A DNA stretch of 64,000 nt, taken from NCBI RefSeq assembly GCF_001194135.2, contig NC_068995.1:50181572-50245571 (forward strand), in the 5' to 3' direction. Under the pieces are notes generated by a model. The model made no database searches, was not told where the DNA came from, and worked only from the letters and a program-made list of their open reading frames with translations. A program made the translations under genes and the position numbers. This stretch comes from Octopus bimaculoides. Lineage: Eukaryota. Of the stretch, positions 53,581-63,692 are shown piece by piece; within the stretch, counting starts at the first letter, position 1, and each line of letters starts with the position of its first letter.

Positions 53581-53648
<68 letters not shown>

Positions 53649-53871
53649 NNNNNNNNNNNNNNNNNNNNNNNNNNNNNNNNNNNNNNNNNNNNNNNNNNNN
53701 NNNNNNNNNNNNNNNNNNNNNNNNNNNNNNNNNNNNNNNNNNNNNNNNNNNNNNNNNNNNNNNNNNNNNNNNNNNNNNNNNNNNNNNNNNNNNNNNNNNN
53801 NNNNNNNNNNNNNNNNNNNNNNNNNNNNNNNNNNNNNNNNNNNNNNNNNNNNNNNNNNNNNNNNNNNNNNN

Positions 53872-53904
<33 letters not shown>

Positions 53905-55613
53905 ACTTGTACTTTTTTCCTTATATATTTTGCTTTTCTTATCTCTTCCTGTCTCCTTCTTTTACTCGTCTGCCTCGCATTCAAATTTCTCTCAGTCTCT
54001 CTGCCATCATCCCCCTATGTAACATTGTGTGTGTGTGTGTGTGTGTGCGCGATCGCATACGTATGAGAAACAAACAGAGATGCTTTGCCCCACACAGAAA
54101 CTGCAGGAGCTACTCAGCAGTTTTGTAAGCTATTCTAAATCCATTGCAATGCTGGTAACCCTTCCATATCGTCAGCAAGTATCTCAGGGTCACTGAACTG
54201 GTCTTCACCAACCAAAGGGTTTCACTTGCGGTCTCTTATCAACCATAGCTATCTTGAGCAAGTTTTAGATGTGCCTATTTTATCGATGGCTTTCTTCAGT
54301 TGTCCGAGTCCCAGACCTATTTTCTGCAGGAAATAACACACCGACCCACATGAAAAGATGCGGCAGCCGATTTCAGTGGAAATAAGGCTGCAAGCCAGCC
54401 TCGTTATCTAAGTCCTAATATTTCGATTTCTTTACTTGGTGGGAAATATCGAGTCTGTCCTCCTAGGGCACAGTAAGTTCGACCACGATGCAGGAACCTG
54501 CAGTGCAAAAATATCTCTAGTTGGGGTGAGGTTACCACTATCTTCTCTCGAAAAACAAGTCTACCCCTCAGGTCAACTTGCATCTCCCAGTCTAAGGTTT
54601 AATACAAAATGGCAAACGGTTCGCCTTTCATTACTTTCGCCTTCGTCGCCTTTCTTTAGGAATTTGGTACCCTTTTTTGGTGGTGGGTGGTGTTTATTAG
54701 CCTTCACCCTTTGCAGATTAGTCCACTAGGCGATTTCGGCAAGAACCTCGTCATATCTCCCAATTTCCAGCCCCACAAAAACCACTCAAAAATAATTTTT
54801 CATGAGTTTTAAAACAGAGATGTAGTTACAAGTAAAATGACAATTATAAAGAAGAGAATGCAAAAGAAATATGTAAACTGGTCTTATTAACTGAGTTACC
54901 TTAAAGATGGGACGATTCGTGTGCTCGTACTTCAAGANNNNNNNNNNACGATTCGTGTGCTCGTACTTCAAGACAAAAATTCGCACGAGTCTCGGCTCGT
55001 ACAGCAAATTACTCATACAATGGGGCACTCGTATTGCGAGGTTCTACTGTATAAACAAAGGCACACAGCGTACTGATGGTGTAAGTGAGATGTTGATATA
55101 AGAGGAGGAATTGACAATTGGAGAACAATGTCAACGATGGCATAAGCGCAGATAGCGTAGACTCTTGAGTGCCACAATATGTCCACACTAATAGCACTAG
55201 AGACCTATTGGAGAGAAATTTCTTTTGAAATTTGCCCGTAAACTCGGTATTCTGTCGTGCATTGCAGTAAAAGGTGAACAAAAGTGTGAAAAAAGTGAAC
55301 TCATAGAATTAACTCTTACAACATTTTAATAAATTATCTTTTAAATGAGCTTTTATGTAAAAACAATTAATTGATATTTAAAAACGGTCATAGCGAGTAT
55401 AGAATTTTTAGTCATAATGAGAATACAAATGTTTTAGTTATAACGTTAGTATAAATATTTTAGTAATTTAGTTGGTATAATATTTTACAATTCGAAGTTT
55501 GTGCAATTGTTTTCTGTATAAGAAGCTGATAAATTTACTTACATATATAATAGCAGAAGAGCAATCGAGAGGAGAACACAATTCGGTATAGTAAAGAAGG
55601 TGAAGGTATCCAT
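35818..55613 (-). CDS. Cytochrome P450, clan 3 (CYP3A-like), complete, 14 coding exons, 1551 nt = 516 aa
   Basis: The joined exons give an N-terminal anchor, IPGPEPW, C-helix WKFAR, K-helix EILR, FIPERF and the heme motif FGFGPRMCIG. All phases are compatible with no stops; 12 introns are GT-AG and one is GC-AG. AATAAA (minus strand) at 35763-35768. Confidence 0.95.
37244..37406 (-). CDS. P450 exon 13 (heme motif FGFGPRMCIG)
   Basis: 163 nt, aatcttcag|A...GAG|gtaaga. Confidence 0.95.
37590..38330 (+). mobile_element. RTE-type LINE fragment (linker plus RT N-terminus) in P450 intron 12
   Basis: AKKEAWKCYYERLL..KAIKDIETGKA..GITAEMLK..IVNCYKDKGDALDRNNYRGIKFL..VMKV. Confidence 0.82.
38830..38967 (-). 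CDS. P450 exon 12 (HDPEYWPEPDKFIPE)
   Basis: ttataaag|G...AG|gtaggt. Confidence 0.92.
39744..39832 (-). CDS. P450 exon 11 (K-helix EILR)
   Basis: gtttgcag|AAA...AG|gtagtg. Confidence 0.92.
40604..40761 (-). CDS. P450 exon 10 (I-helix)
   Basis: taatgcag|GT TTA ACA GAT GAA...GAC|gtaagt; LTDEEIVSQVVLFLFAAHLTTSTAL. Confidence 0.93.
41440..41700 (+). mobile_element. Probable PLE pseudo-LTR fragment with a CpG-decayed hammerhead core
   Basis: CTGAAGA-A-GGC...GCT-GAAA-TGTA (41581-41616). Boundaries are approximate. Confidence 0.45.
42385..42441. repeat. 11-bp minisatellite (TACATTTTATA)n
   Basis: About five tandem units in P450 intron 9. Confidence 0.85.
42508..42637 (-). CDS. P450 exon 9 (RHDFLQLLLDA), GC donor
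   Basis: ggttttag|GTA...AGAG|gcaagt; only the GC site gives the phase 1 needed by exon 10. Confidence 0.85.
43108..43232 (-). CDS. P450 exon 8
   Basis: ttgtttcag|CA...ACG|gtaata; ends IIAERRKNKT. Confidence 0.9.
44000..44148 (-). CDS. P450 exon 7 (YTIDMISSTAFGIEVNS)
   Basis: 149 nt, ttatttcag|A...A|gtaaat. Confidence 0.92.
45047..45135 (-). CDS. P450 exon 6
   Basis: 89 nt, tctttcag|ACA...CA|gtgagt. Confidence 0.88.
45490..45770 (+). mobile_element. Probable PLE pseudo-LTR fragment with a degenerate hammerhead core
   Basis: GC-rich island containing ggtatttaaa and CTGAAGA-C-GCC-tccgaaa-GGT-GAAAC (45649-45674). Confidence 0.45.
46286..46402 (-). CDS. P450 exon 5 (C-helix WKFAR)
   Basis: ctttatag|GAT...CAG|gtaaga; 39 codons. 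Confidence 0.92.
47030..47119. repeat. (GA)n microsatellite, representative of many (CA)n/(TA)n/(CAT)n/(AAAG)n tracts
   Basis: Directly visible. Other large tracts at 3715-4000, 5308-5368, 16880-17010, 17940-18410, 58060-58170. Confidence 0.97.
47421..47517 (-). CDS. P450 exon 4 (FYICNQPHILISDPEMVKEICVKQFAIFSNRY)
   Basis: ttttacag|A...TAC|gtaagt. Confidence 0.92.
47660..47915 (-). mobile_element. SINE/retroposon 3' module family B with (GAT)n tail (representative copy)
   Basis: CACGTAAAAGCACCC..AGGAAGGGCATCCAGCTGT..CCCATGCTAGCATGGAAAGCGGACGTTAAAC-GATGAT. Other copies at about 905-1200, 3245-3460, 5660-6130, 10515-10810, 16960-17160, 18920-19108, 24190-24620, 30620-30790, 34820-35000, 35530-35700, 44690-44900, 49870-50190, 60940-61140. 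Confidence 0.82.
48710..48762 (-). CDS. P450 exon 3 (GMATFDKEMKQKYGEVTG)
   Basis: 53 nt, ttttttag|GGA...GG|gtatga. Confidence 0.9.
50936..51032 (-). CDS. P450 exon 2 (LTKQPYSYFKNINIPGPEPWFFFGNLLEVMKK)
   Basis: catattag|A...AAG|gtaggt; proline hinge PGP. Confidence 0.92.
51230..51640 (-). mobile_element. RTE-type LINE 3' fragment
   Basis: Decayed frame with ..KLGI*GIRC.. and ..YGHMMHMDEDSCIENFQSL.. Confidence 0.6.
52459..52550. repeat. 30-bp tandem repeat (cacgtgcgcacgcacatacccacacataca) x~3
   Basis: Directly visible, between the PLE RT remnant and its pLTR. Confidence 0.8.
52779..52811 (+). ncRNA. Minimal type I hammerhead ribozyme candidate in a PLE pseudo-LTR
   Basis: CUGAAGA (52782-88) + extra A + stem II GAGC/UUU/GCUC + GAA + palindromic helix III ACGU + A17 (52808); 3-bp helix I UUU/AAA. 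Confidence 0.6.
53401..53520 (+). mobile_element. 120-bp MITE-like hairpin
   Basis: 28-bp arms 53401-53428 and 53493-53520 are reverse complements with 1 mismatch; the outermost bases are TA...TA. Confidence 0.7.
54150..54640 (-). mobile_element. HERO/R2-like non-LTR retrotransposon, restriction-like endonuclease C-terminal fragment
   Basis: DWEMQVDLRGRLVF..IVVTS../IVVELTVP*EDRLDISHQVKKSKY../ISTEIGCRIF..LWLIR, resembling the RLE motifs ELTVPWE and PxEVGCRGF. Confidence 0.72.
54910..55051 (-). mobile_element. Pogo/Tigger-like terminal fragment
   Basis: The minus strand reads TA|CAGTAGAACCTCGCAATACGAG, with repeated subterminal (g)ctcgta motifs; the other end was not found. Confidence 0.5.
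55543..55613 (-). CDS. P450 exon 1 (MDTFTFFTIPNCVLLSIALLLLY)
   Basis: 71 nt, TATAT|gtaagt, phase 2. Confidence 0.88.
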
Positions 55614-56283
55614 TGTCTCAGAATTTGTTGATGAACGACTGTCAAAATTAATATAAAATAGTTAACCACACGACTGTTTTCGTAATATAACTAATGTCGG
55701 CTATAATAAAGTTAACATCAAAGAAAAGTCGAAATGATATCGGATGAAAAAAATTGCTTCTGAAGTATTTCTAATTTAAGCAGCAGGCTTGCGATTTTAA
55801 GGAGAAGAGGTACATAATAAAAATGACTTTAGTACTTGACTGCTATCTCAATTTATCGAACTTGGAGGTTCACTGTTCAATTGGGGAATTCAGAACGTAA
55901 AAAAGCGACACTGGATATTGCGAGTTATTTTTGCAGACGTTCAGTAAAAATTTAGTTAAAAACAATTTACGGGCATGGCTAAACTTGCCATTTGTTAAGG
56001 GATGTACAACCCGTCACTCCACCCAGCCATTTAAATCCCTCCCCTTTCTTTTTCTTTTTCATTGTCATTTAATTGTGATTCAACTTACGTTAATAAAATT
56101 ATGGTATATTTGCAAAGCGAGTTATTATTTTTTATTATCTTCCAACGTAGTAAAGAATGTTGTGAACTGAACAGAGTTAATGTTGTCTAAATAATATTAT
56201 ATACAGATAACGATGGAGGCGGGTCAGAGAATCTGCAAATAAGGAAGTTGAAAGAAGGTGGAGTTTACCAGATATTAAATGAC

Positions 56284-56329
<46 letters not shown>

Positions 56330-59300
56330 GAAATTTAACATACGAGAAAATATGGTAAACGACAAAAGTATGTTGAAAGATGTATGCTATCAATTAATAA
56401 CATTCAAATAATCAAAAGCCAAGGTAAACTTTTGAGAGGTCTTTGAGCTGTCAGAAATAGTATCAAGGTCTCTCAAATTTCCATCTATCTTAAAAAAAAG
56501 TACGATGGGGTAGTTAAATGATAAGGTTACAGTTATTCCATTTTCTAAATAAGGTGGCTATAAATAGAATGTCATAGATTACATTGGGAAACAATTTTTA
56601 ACATAATTTCTCTTGTTTGTTTTTTTCACTTGATTTAGACCAAAGGTTTTCAACGAGTGCCATTTGGAGCTCGAGGGGGCGTTTTGGAGCAAAGGGGCGC
56701 TAGTGGGACGTTAATAAAATATAATACTAGGCAAGTCATTGCTTATGTGCTTCTACTCCTCTCTTCCTTTTACATCTTCCTCTCTCTGTCTCTCTCCTTT
56801 GAGCTCTGTCTATCGGTTCCCCCCCCCTCTCTATCAATCCCTCCTCTCTGTCTCTCTTTCACTGAATAATAGCTCTCATCAACTGTAGAAATCAGGCTCT
56901 TCTGAAAATGTGTCCTTATATTTCTTGTTGCCTTTAATAAATACCTTGGCAGTATTTGAACTCAGATTACAAATAATCAGAACAACAACAATATTTATTG
57001 CTAATTAGCAAATGAGATATAAATCCTACATGTTCAAACTATTAGAAAAAAACAACCAAATATTATTGAAATAACTTACCCCACACATAAAAATCACAAC
57101 GAATAAAAAGAAAATACTAGATAACATAGTCTGAAATATAATATGTTTATCTCACCATACAAAACAATAGTATTTAAAATCTAACTGGTCCACAAGTCTG
57201 CTCTTTCAGAGTTAACTAGGACAAACATATAACTATAACAAAGCTTTATCTTTGAACATGTTGAATTGAGAAAAAAATTGCTTGTTAAAGCTGGCAGAAA
57301 ATATCTCAAAAGATGTTTTCAGAATTTCAGCAAAAAAACCTCTACAAATCATCTGGTTTCTTAGACATAATCATGCTGTGTAGGTTTTCAATTTCTAGTT
57401 AATGTGAGATGTTGAATATTTGCTAATATAAGAGTGTCTGAGAATGGTAGACCTGTTTGTCTGCTTTACATGTCCTAACATTCTGGATTATGTCTTCAAA
57501 ATATACAGAATCCTTAAAATGCCAGGCAAATTGCTTTGTGGTATTTTATCCACCTTAATGTTTTGAGTTCAAATTTCATCGAGGTCAACTTTGCCTTTCA
57601 TCTTCTCAGGGTTGATAAAATAAGTACCAGTTGAGCATCTGGGTCGATGTATCCAACTTAATTACTCATGGGAATGAGTATAAAAGCTGCCCCCTCTACC
57701 AGACCATGTTGAACCAATGTGGCAGAGTAAGCTCATCAAACCAGCATGATCTCAAACTCAAATTCATGGCCTACACATCAGACTGTGGTTGGTGGAGAGA
57801 ACATGCTGAGGCCTTCATCCTGCAATGGACTGAACATGGGCAATCTAATCTAAAATGTATCTGTATGGTTGTGTGTGTGTGGGGGGGGGGAGTGCATGTA
57901 TGTAACTATACTTTCTATAGTCTAGTTTTAAAATGCCAATGGCTAACAATACAAACATACCATGTAAAAATATGTAAACTATCTAACTTATGACAACTGA
58001 TTTATACTAAACGTATAGATTTCAGATAAAAACCATGAACAAATAAATAAATAAAAAAAGTAAGTAAAGAAAGAAAGAAAGACAGACAGAAAGAAAGAAA
58101 GAAAGAAAGAAAGACAGAAAGAAAGACAGAAAGAAAGAAAGAAAGAAAAAAGAAAGAAAGAAGGAAAGAAGGTGAGTTTTAATGTACATAGTGTTGCGTT
58201 AGATTATGACATTTATAATCTAACAAAACTTGAGGGTAGAAATGAATGTTAGAATAGAAGCTAAAAAAAGATCAGTTGAGGAATGTCCATAATGTTTGTG
58301 ATATACGTTATTTTCCTGGAACAGTTATAATGTAAGTCTGTATTATTGATATTACATAGCAAGTAAGGCTGTCATCGTAGGTAAAATCCGAAGCTGGATG
58401 AGGAGAAAGAAGCAGGTATGCAGCCTTACAGCTGTTTCAAGAATGATGTGCCGCTCTTGCAAGCATTCTGCAGCTAGCATTTTAGTGACAACGTATTCCA
58501 TGATAATAATGGTTTAAAATGTTGAAACACGGCCAGCAATTTTGGGAGAGTAGTAGAGTAAATTACATCGTCTCTAGTACTCCACTGGTACTTATATTAT
58601 CAACTCTGAACAAATGAAAAAATGAAAGACCAAGTAACATTTGAACTCATAACGTTATGCATTTTGTCCAAGTATCTAAGAATTTCGCCAGCACGTAGTC
58701 TTAAAATTACCGTGTGTGCTTGGCCTATGGGAGATAATTCTGTTATCACTGTTTAAGAAGTATGTTTTTTGATAGGAAAATTGTCGTAAAATGATACACT
58801 ATTATAAAATAGCGTTATGTGTGTGTGTGTGTGTAAATAATCTTCGTTCATTTGCATAACTGTTTTTCTCCACAAGCATGGATTAGGCATATGTTATTGA
58901 GGTATTGTTTTACATGTAAATGTTTGTTCTGTCGCTAACCCTTATCGGTTCGTCAAGTCAAGTCATCCCTTACTCTGTATCACTTCAAAAGTGCAAAGTC
59001 AGCAGATGATTTATTGACAAGCAGCATAAATAATGTCACTGCTTTTAGCTCATGAATTTTTGGATAAGCACACAGATTATCAGAGAAGCAAGAGTCCCAA
59101 ATGTCTGATCCAAAATTCCCATCTATTCTTTATGGTGAATCTATTCCTTTTTTTTTTTTTACTGTTTATATTCACTTTTTGCCAACATAGACCAATCACT
59201 AGATTTCTTGGGTCCTACTTTCTATTTTATTAACCTTTTTGATACCAAACTGCTCCTGATTCTATGATACAAAGCTGTCCCTGTTTTAAGGTTTTCATAT

Positions 59301-59661
59301 CTATACTGAAATCTTCAGTCAAAATTGTATGCAAGAACCATTGCTAAGTTAAGTTTTAAATGCCAATAAAATACCATAAAAGTTAATCATTCTATTAGAT
59401 CCTTCCAAATTTATGACCATTTTCAAAATTTATTAAAATATATAAGAAATGTATTTTGTTAGAAATGAAGTGATAGAAGACTAAATGATGTTGCTAAAAT
59501 CTGAGACGATATAGAATACATATATAAAACTAAGCTGAAAGGTAAATAACAAAACTTTCTCACAATGTTGATAAACTAATTTTTATTGCAAATTTATTTA
59601 AAGTGTAAAACAAGTTCACAAGAATTTACAATAAAACAGGAAATGGACTGAGTTCTCCATT

Positions 59662-59756
59662 TCAACTCTGAATCACTCTCCGTATCTCTTCAGCGTCTTT
59701 GATAAGTTGTTCGTTGTTGGGATCTAATTTCAGGGCAGCTTCATAGTCCTGTAAAC
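59662..59756 (-). CDS. DNAAF4: DNAAF4 last exon ([13 protein letters not shown]...VIQS*)
   Basis: aaatttcag|GT...AGT TGA. Confidence 0.92.
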
Positions 59757-62700
59757 CTGAAATTTAAATACAGAAACAATAATTAGTCAGGTAAACAAAG
59801 CAAATAACCAAGTATTAATTAGCAAACAGTAGCAGTTGATGGCAACTGATTGCACCAAATGATCTGAATAAGCCAATGAGAATAAGCCTTACATATCAGC
59901 ATAAATTATTGAGAGCCTATGAAAGCCTTGAAACCTAGCAGCTGATTGGTCAGAGATACTTTTCTCATTCTTGTGGAACTCAGGTAATGTGATTATGAAT
60001 GAAACTATTAACACAAATAGATATAAACTTCTTTCATTTTATGTGTGTGTATGCATGTGTGCAAGGTGGTTGATGTTAGAAAAGGCGTCTAATTGAGGAA
60101 ACCATGCCTAAGCTAACATTGGAGTGCAATGTAGCCCTGCGGCTTGCTGGATTCTGTAAAACCAGTCAACCTGTGCCACCATGGAAAATTGAGGTTAAAT
60201 AATAACAATGATGACAATGACAATGATGATGATGATGACAACAATGATGATGATGATGCTGTTGCCTCTGCTGCTGCTGCTGACGATGATGATATAAAAT
60301 GATATCACAGATACGTTTTTCTAAAACATTTAGAATAAAATTAATAATGAGCAGTAATTTACCTTCCACAAAAAGCTCCAGTTTACAGAATGCCGTTCCT
60401 CTTCTCACAAAAGCTTTACACCTGCTGCTGGCATTCTGAGGTACAGGAGGCATGAGCAGATCCAAAGCCTGTTCAATGAATATGAAATAACAATGAATCT
60501 AGATTAAGCCTTCATCAGATTAGAAATAAAGATTCCAGATTTGAATCTATGTTGAGATCCAACAAAAAATGTAGTTGTTTTTTGCTGAACCATCAAGTTA
60601 CAGGAACATAAACCAACCAACACCAGTTGTCAAGCATTGGTGGGAAGCAAACTCAAACCCAAACACACGAGATGGGCTTCTTACAGTTTCTGTCTAATAA
60701 ATCCACTCACAAAGCTTTGTTCAGCCTGAGGCTATAGTAGAAGACACTTGCCCAAGGTGCCACACAGAGGGATTGAACTCAGAACCAAGTGATTGGAAAG
60801 CAAACTTCTTATCACAAAGCCACCCCTGCACCTATGTAGATGTAAAACTTGATGAATTTAGTAGACTGAAGAACTAGAATCTCATTAACATAGATTCATT
60901 GATTCATCCCAAGTATTTAGACATTTCATCATCTTCATCATAATCATCATTTAATGCCTATTTTCCATGCTGGCATGGGTTGGACGTTTTGATAGGAGCA
61001 AACAAGGATGGGAGCTGCACCAGGTTCATTGTCTGTTTTGACATGGTTTCTATAGCTGGATACCTCTTTCTAATGCCAACCACTTTACAGGGTGTACTGG
61101 CACCAGCACCAGTGCTTTTCATGTGACACCAGCACCAAAAATAATCAAAACCACAAAATATTACACAGAAATATTGTATGATAAATATATTTCATACGTA
61201 ATTATTACTAGAGCACCAATACAGCATTGATATATTGATATATATCATCACAAGTTTGAGGGAGTATATATTGGTATATATCATCTCTAGCAAGTGATAG
61301 ATATGTGTTTCTGTGGTATGACGTCAGCAACTGGGGAGCTGACCACTGACCGGAATGGCGAGCTGACCGGAAGAGGAAGAAGGACAGAGGGAGCCTCGAT
61401 CGGGATTTTGCCCCTTTTTCGAACGGGGTTGTTGTGACGAGGACATGCCAAGCGATCGTCTAGGTGTTGGGAGAAGCAGCTGCTATTTCTAGCGTTCTTG
61501 GGGTTGGGCCAGCCGCGAGGATCGGATACTGCAGGACAGACTCGTGCAAAGGAAGGCAAACGAGGTAAGCCGATTACTTCTACTCGCACGCATACACCAC
61601 AGTTTCATATCTCATCAATGGAACTATTGCTTTTTTCTGTCTCAAATTGGTGTTTATAATGTTCAAAAAACAAAGAACACATTACCTTTGAACTGTCTTC
61701 AATACATTTCATATAATTCTTTACTTTAAGGTGGCAAGCAGCTCGGTTAGAATATAAACTGAACATGAAGAAAATATTAAGGAAAAACACAATAAACTTA
61801 AGATAATTATATTGATATAAAACATCTGAGAACTCACTACTGAGAGATGAAGGCTCTGCAAATTACACACAGGCAACCCATTCAAGGGAGCAGAAACTTG
61901 ATGTATACAAGACTCTTTAGCCATGTTGTAGGTGATCTCTCTGGTATTGGTAGCACTCTAAACACCCTCAATATCTTTTTTACTGCCAAATCCAAACACT
62001 TCCAATGACTGGAAACTGTTCAAGAAGTACGTTCACCACAAATCTCACCAACCATATAAAATCTGTGGAAATCATGAATGTATCCTGCTTCCTCCTGGCC
62101 AAACCAACATAAATTAATAAAAATATACCATAGTGAAAACTGCATCACAAAATGTAACTTTCCTCATCAGAGCCAGAAGAATTTGTCATATCCTGGCAAT
62201 TACCAACCCTTTACAAAGCTCAGGGAAGACCCATAATTGCGTACTGCTCCCACATCTGGAATGGTGCGACTGCTACACTTACCAAGTGCTAGACTGCACT
62301 CAAAGAAAGACCATTCAGCTGGTTGACATAAAGTTGCTTGCCAACACACTCCCACTTCTGGCCTAGATGGTATGTTTTAAAAGATACGCTGGCATTTTAT
62401 AATCAAGTTGAATAGCATGAGTATATATATTAATGGCTGCCAAATAGTTCCCATCTTGGAAGAATTTACTGAAAAAAAACAAAAAGACAAAAAAATTATT
62501 ATTTTCAGGCAATTTCAACTATGGATGTTAAATATACTGTCTTAACATAATGACTGAATTGCTTAGATCCTAGTCTCTGTTAGTCTTTCTTTCACATCAA
62601 TAATGCTTGATAAAAATATTAAATCAATGCCAAAGCAAGACTGTTATTTTATTGACACCAAAAACCCTGAATGCTTTTTGTTTTTGTTCTTTTTTTTTTT

Positions 62701-63692
62701 AGGAGTGGAAGCCGTACAATAAAGCAGTGGCTGCCAACCGTTTCACAGTGGTTCCCAACATCTTTTATTTAAATGAGTTTTCACACAGACCCCCTTTTAA
62801 TATGCTTATCCTTAGCTGTGTGTGTTGAAATCGAAATCGAAATTGAACCAAATTTTATGACTGGCACCCATGGACACTAAACTCAGCTTGCGAAGACCTG
62901 TTGGGGCAAGTGAGATCGAAACTGAACCAAATTTGATGACTGGCACCTGTGCCAGTGGAGCGCAAACAACACCATCCAAGCGGGATCACAAGAAAGGATG
63001 TGTCGGTGTAAATTACTTGCTTGTGCAAGTTTGTCTGCATGTGTTTTGTATGCGCACACACGTGTGTGTGTGTGTATGTTAGTATAAGGATGTGTGTGTG
63101 TGTGTATTAGGATATGCATGTGTAAGCATATATCATCTGATTGTGCATATTTGCTTGAATATGTTTCTATGTGTGTGTTTAGGATGGTAATAATAGTTTT
63201 TACCTTTGGCACTCTATCATAATCATCTATTTGTGTGAAAGGGGTACAATTAATTATATCAATCACCAAGTACTTGATGGGCACTATATTATCAACAACA
63301 AAAGAACAAAGTTGTCTTTGGCAGGATTTGAACTCAAAATAGAAAAGGGATTCCACTAAATACCACAAGGTATTTTGTCCACTTTTTTTCCTCTGCCTTC
63401 TGTTAGAATAATAGTAACAATAACACAGAGAGCTGTTGCCCGACATCTTCAATACATGACGTTTGTTAATCTCAGTCCCTACCAAGGCAGATGATCGGGC
63501 AGGATACCACAAGGTATTGTATCTGATGCTCTACTGATTCTATGATCCACCAGTTATGTACAGGAAATGCAATGAACTGAAGGATACTTACTTTCCTTTA
63601 TCTCTCAAAAAGAGGGGGTTTTTCTCTTCCTCAGTGAGATCCTTTGTCATAAATTCCTTTATCCGAGTGGCTTCAGCCTGTTTCCTTAACCA
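59662..63692 (-). CDS. DNAAF4: Dynein axonemal assembly factor 4 (DYX1C1), last five exons: 63692-63592, 62468-62388, 61758-61686, 60468-60363, 59756-59662; 5' part lies beyond the right edge
   Basis: The TPR C-terminus [61 protein letters not shown] matches remembered human DNAAF4 ([55 protein letters not shown]). All junctions are GT-AG with phases 2, 2, 0, 1. Confidence 0.93.
60363..60468 (-). CDS. DNAAF4: DNAAF4 exon (ALDLLMPPV...LELFVE)
   Basis: ttgaacag|GCT...G|gtaaat. Confidence 0.92.
61312..61601. mobile_element. Solo LTR (290 bp) in a DNAAF4 intron
   Basis: TGTGGT...ACCACA termini, perfect 5-bp TSD GTTTC (61307-61311 and 61602-61606), GC- and CpG-rich against an AT-rich background. 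Confidence 0.85.
61686..61758 (-). CDS. DNAAF4: DNAAF4 exon ([24 protein letters not shown])
   Basis: atgttcag|T...AAG|gtaatg. Confidence 0.92.
62388..62468 (-). CDS. DNAAF4: DNAAF4 exon ([26 protein letters not shown])
   Basis: ttttttcag|T...GC|gtatct. Confidence 0.9.
63592..63692 (-). CDS. DNAAF4: DNAAF4 exon with two compensating frameshifts and an in-frame TGA
   Basis: accaaag|TGG TTA AGG...GGA AA|gtaagt. [10 protein letters not shown] and LRDKG are in frame 0; DLTEEEKNP is in the shifted frame. Confidence 0.8.

Noticed and set aside
59662-61758. Initial reading of the TPR exons as TTC1
   Set aside because: LLMPPV, RRGTAFCxLE and [10 protein letters not shown], plus the upstream [14 protein letters not shown], fit DNAAF4 instead.
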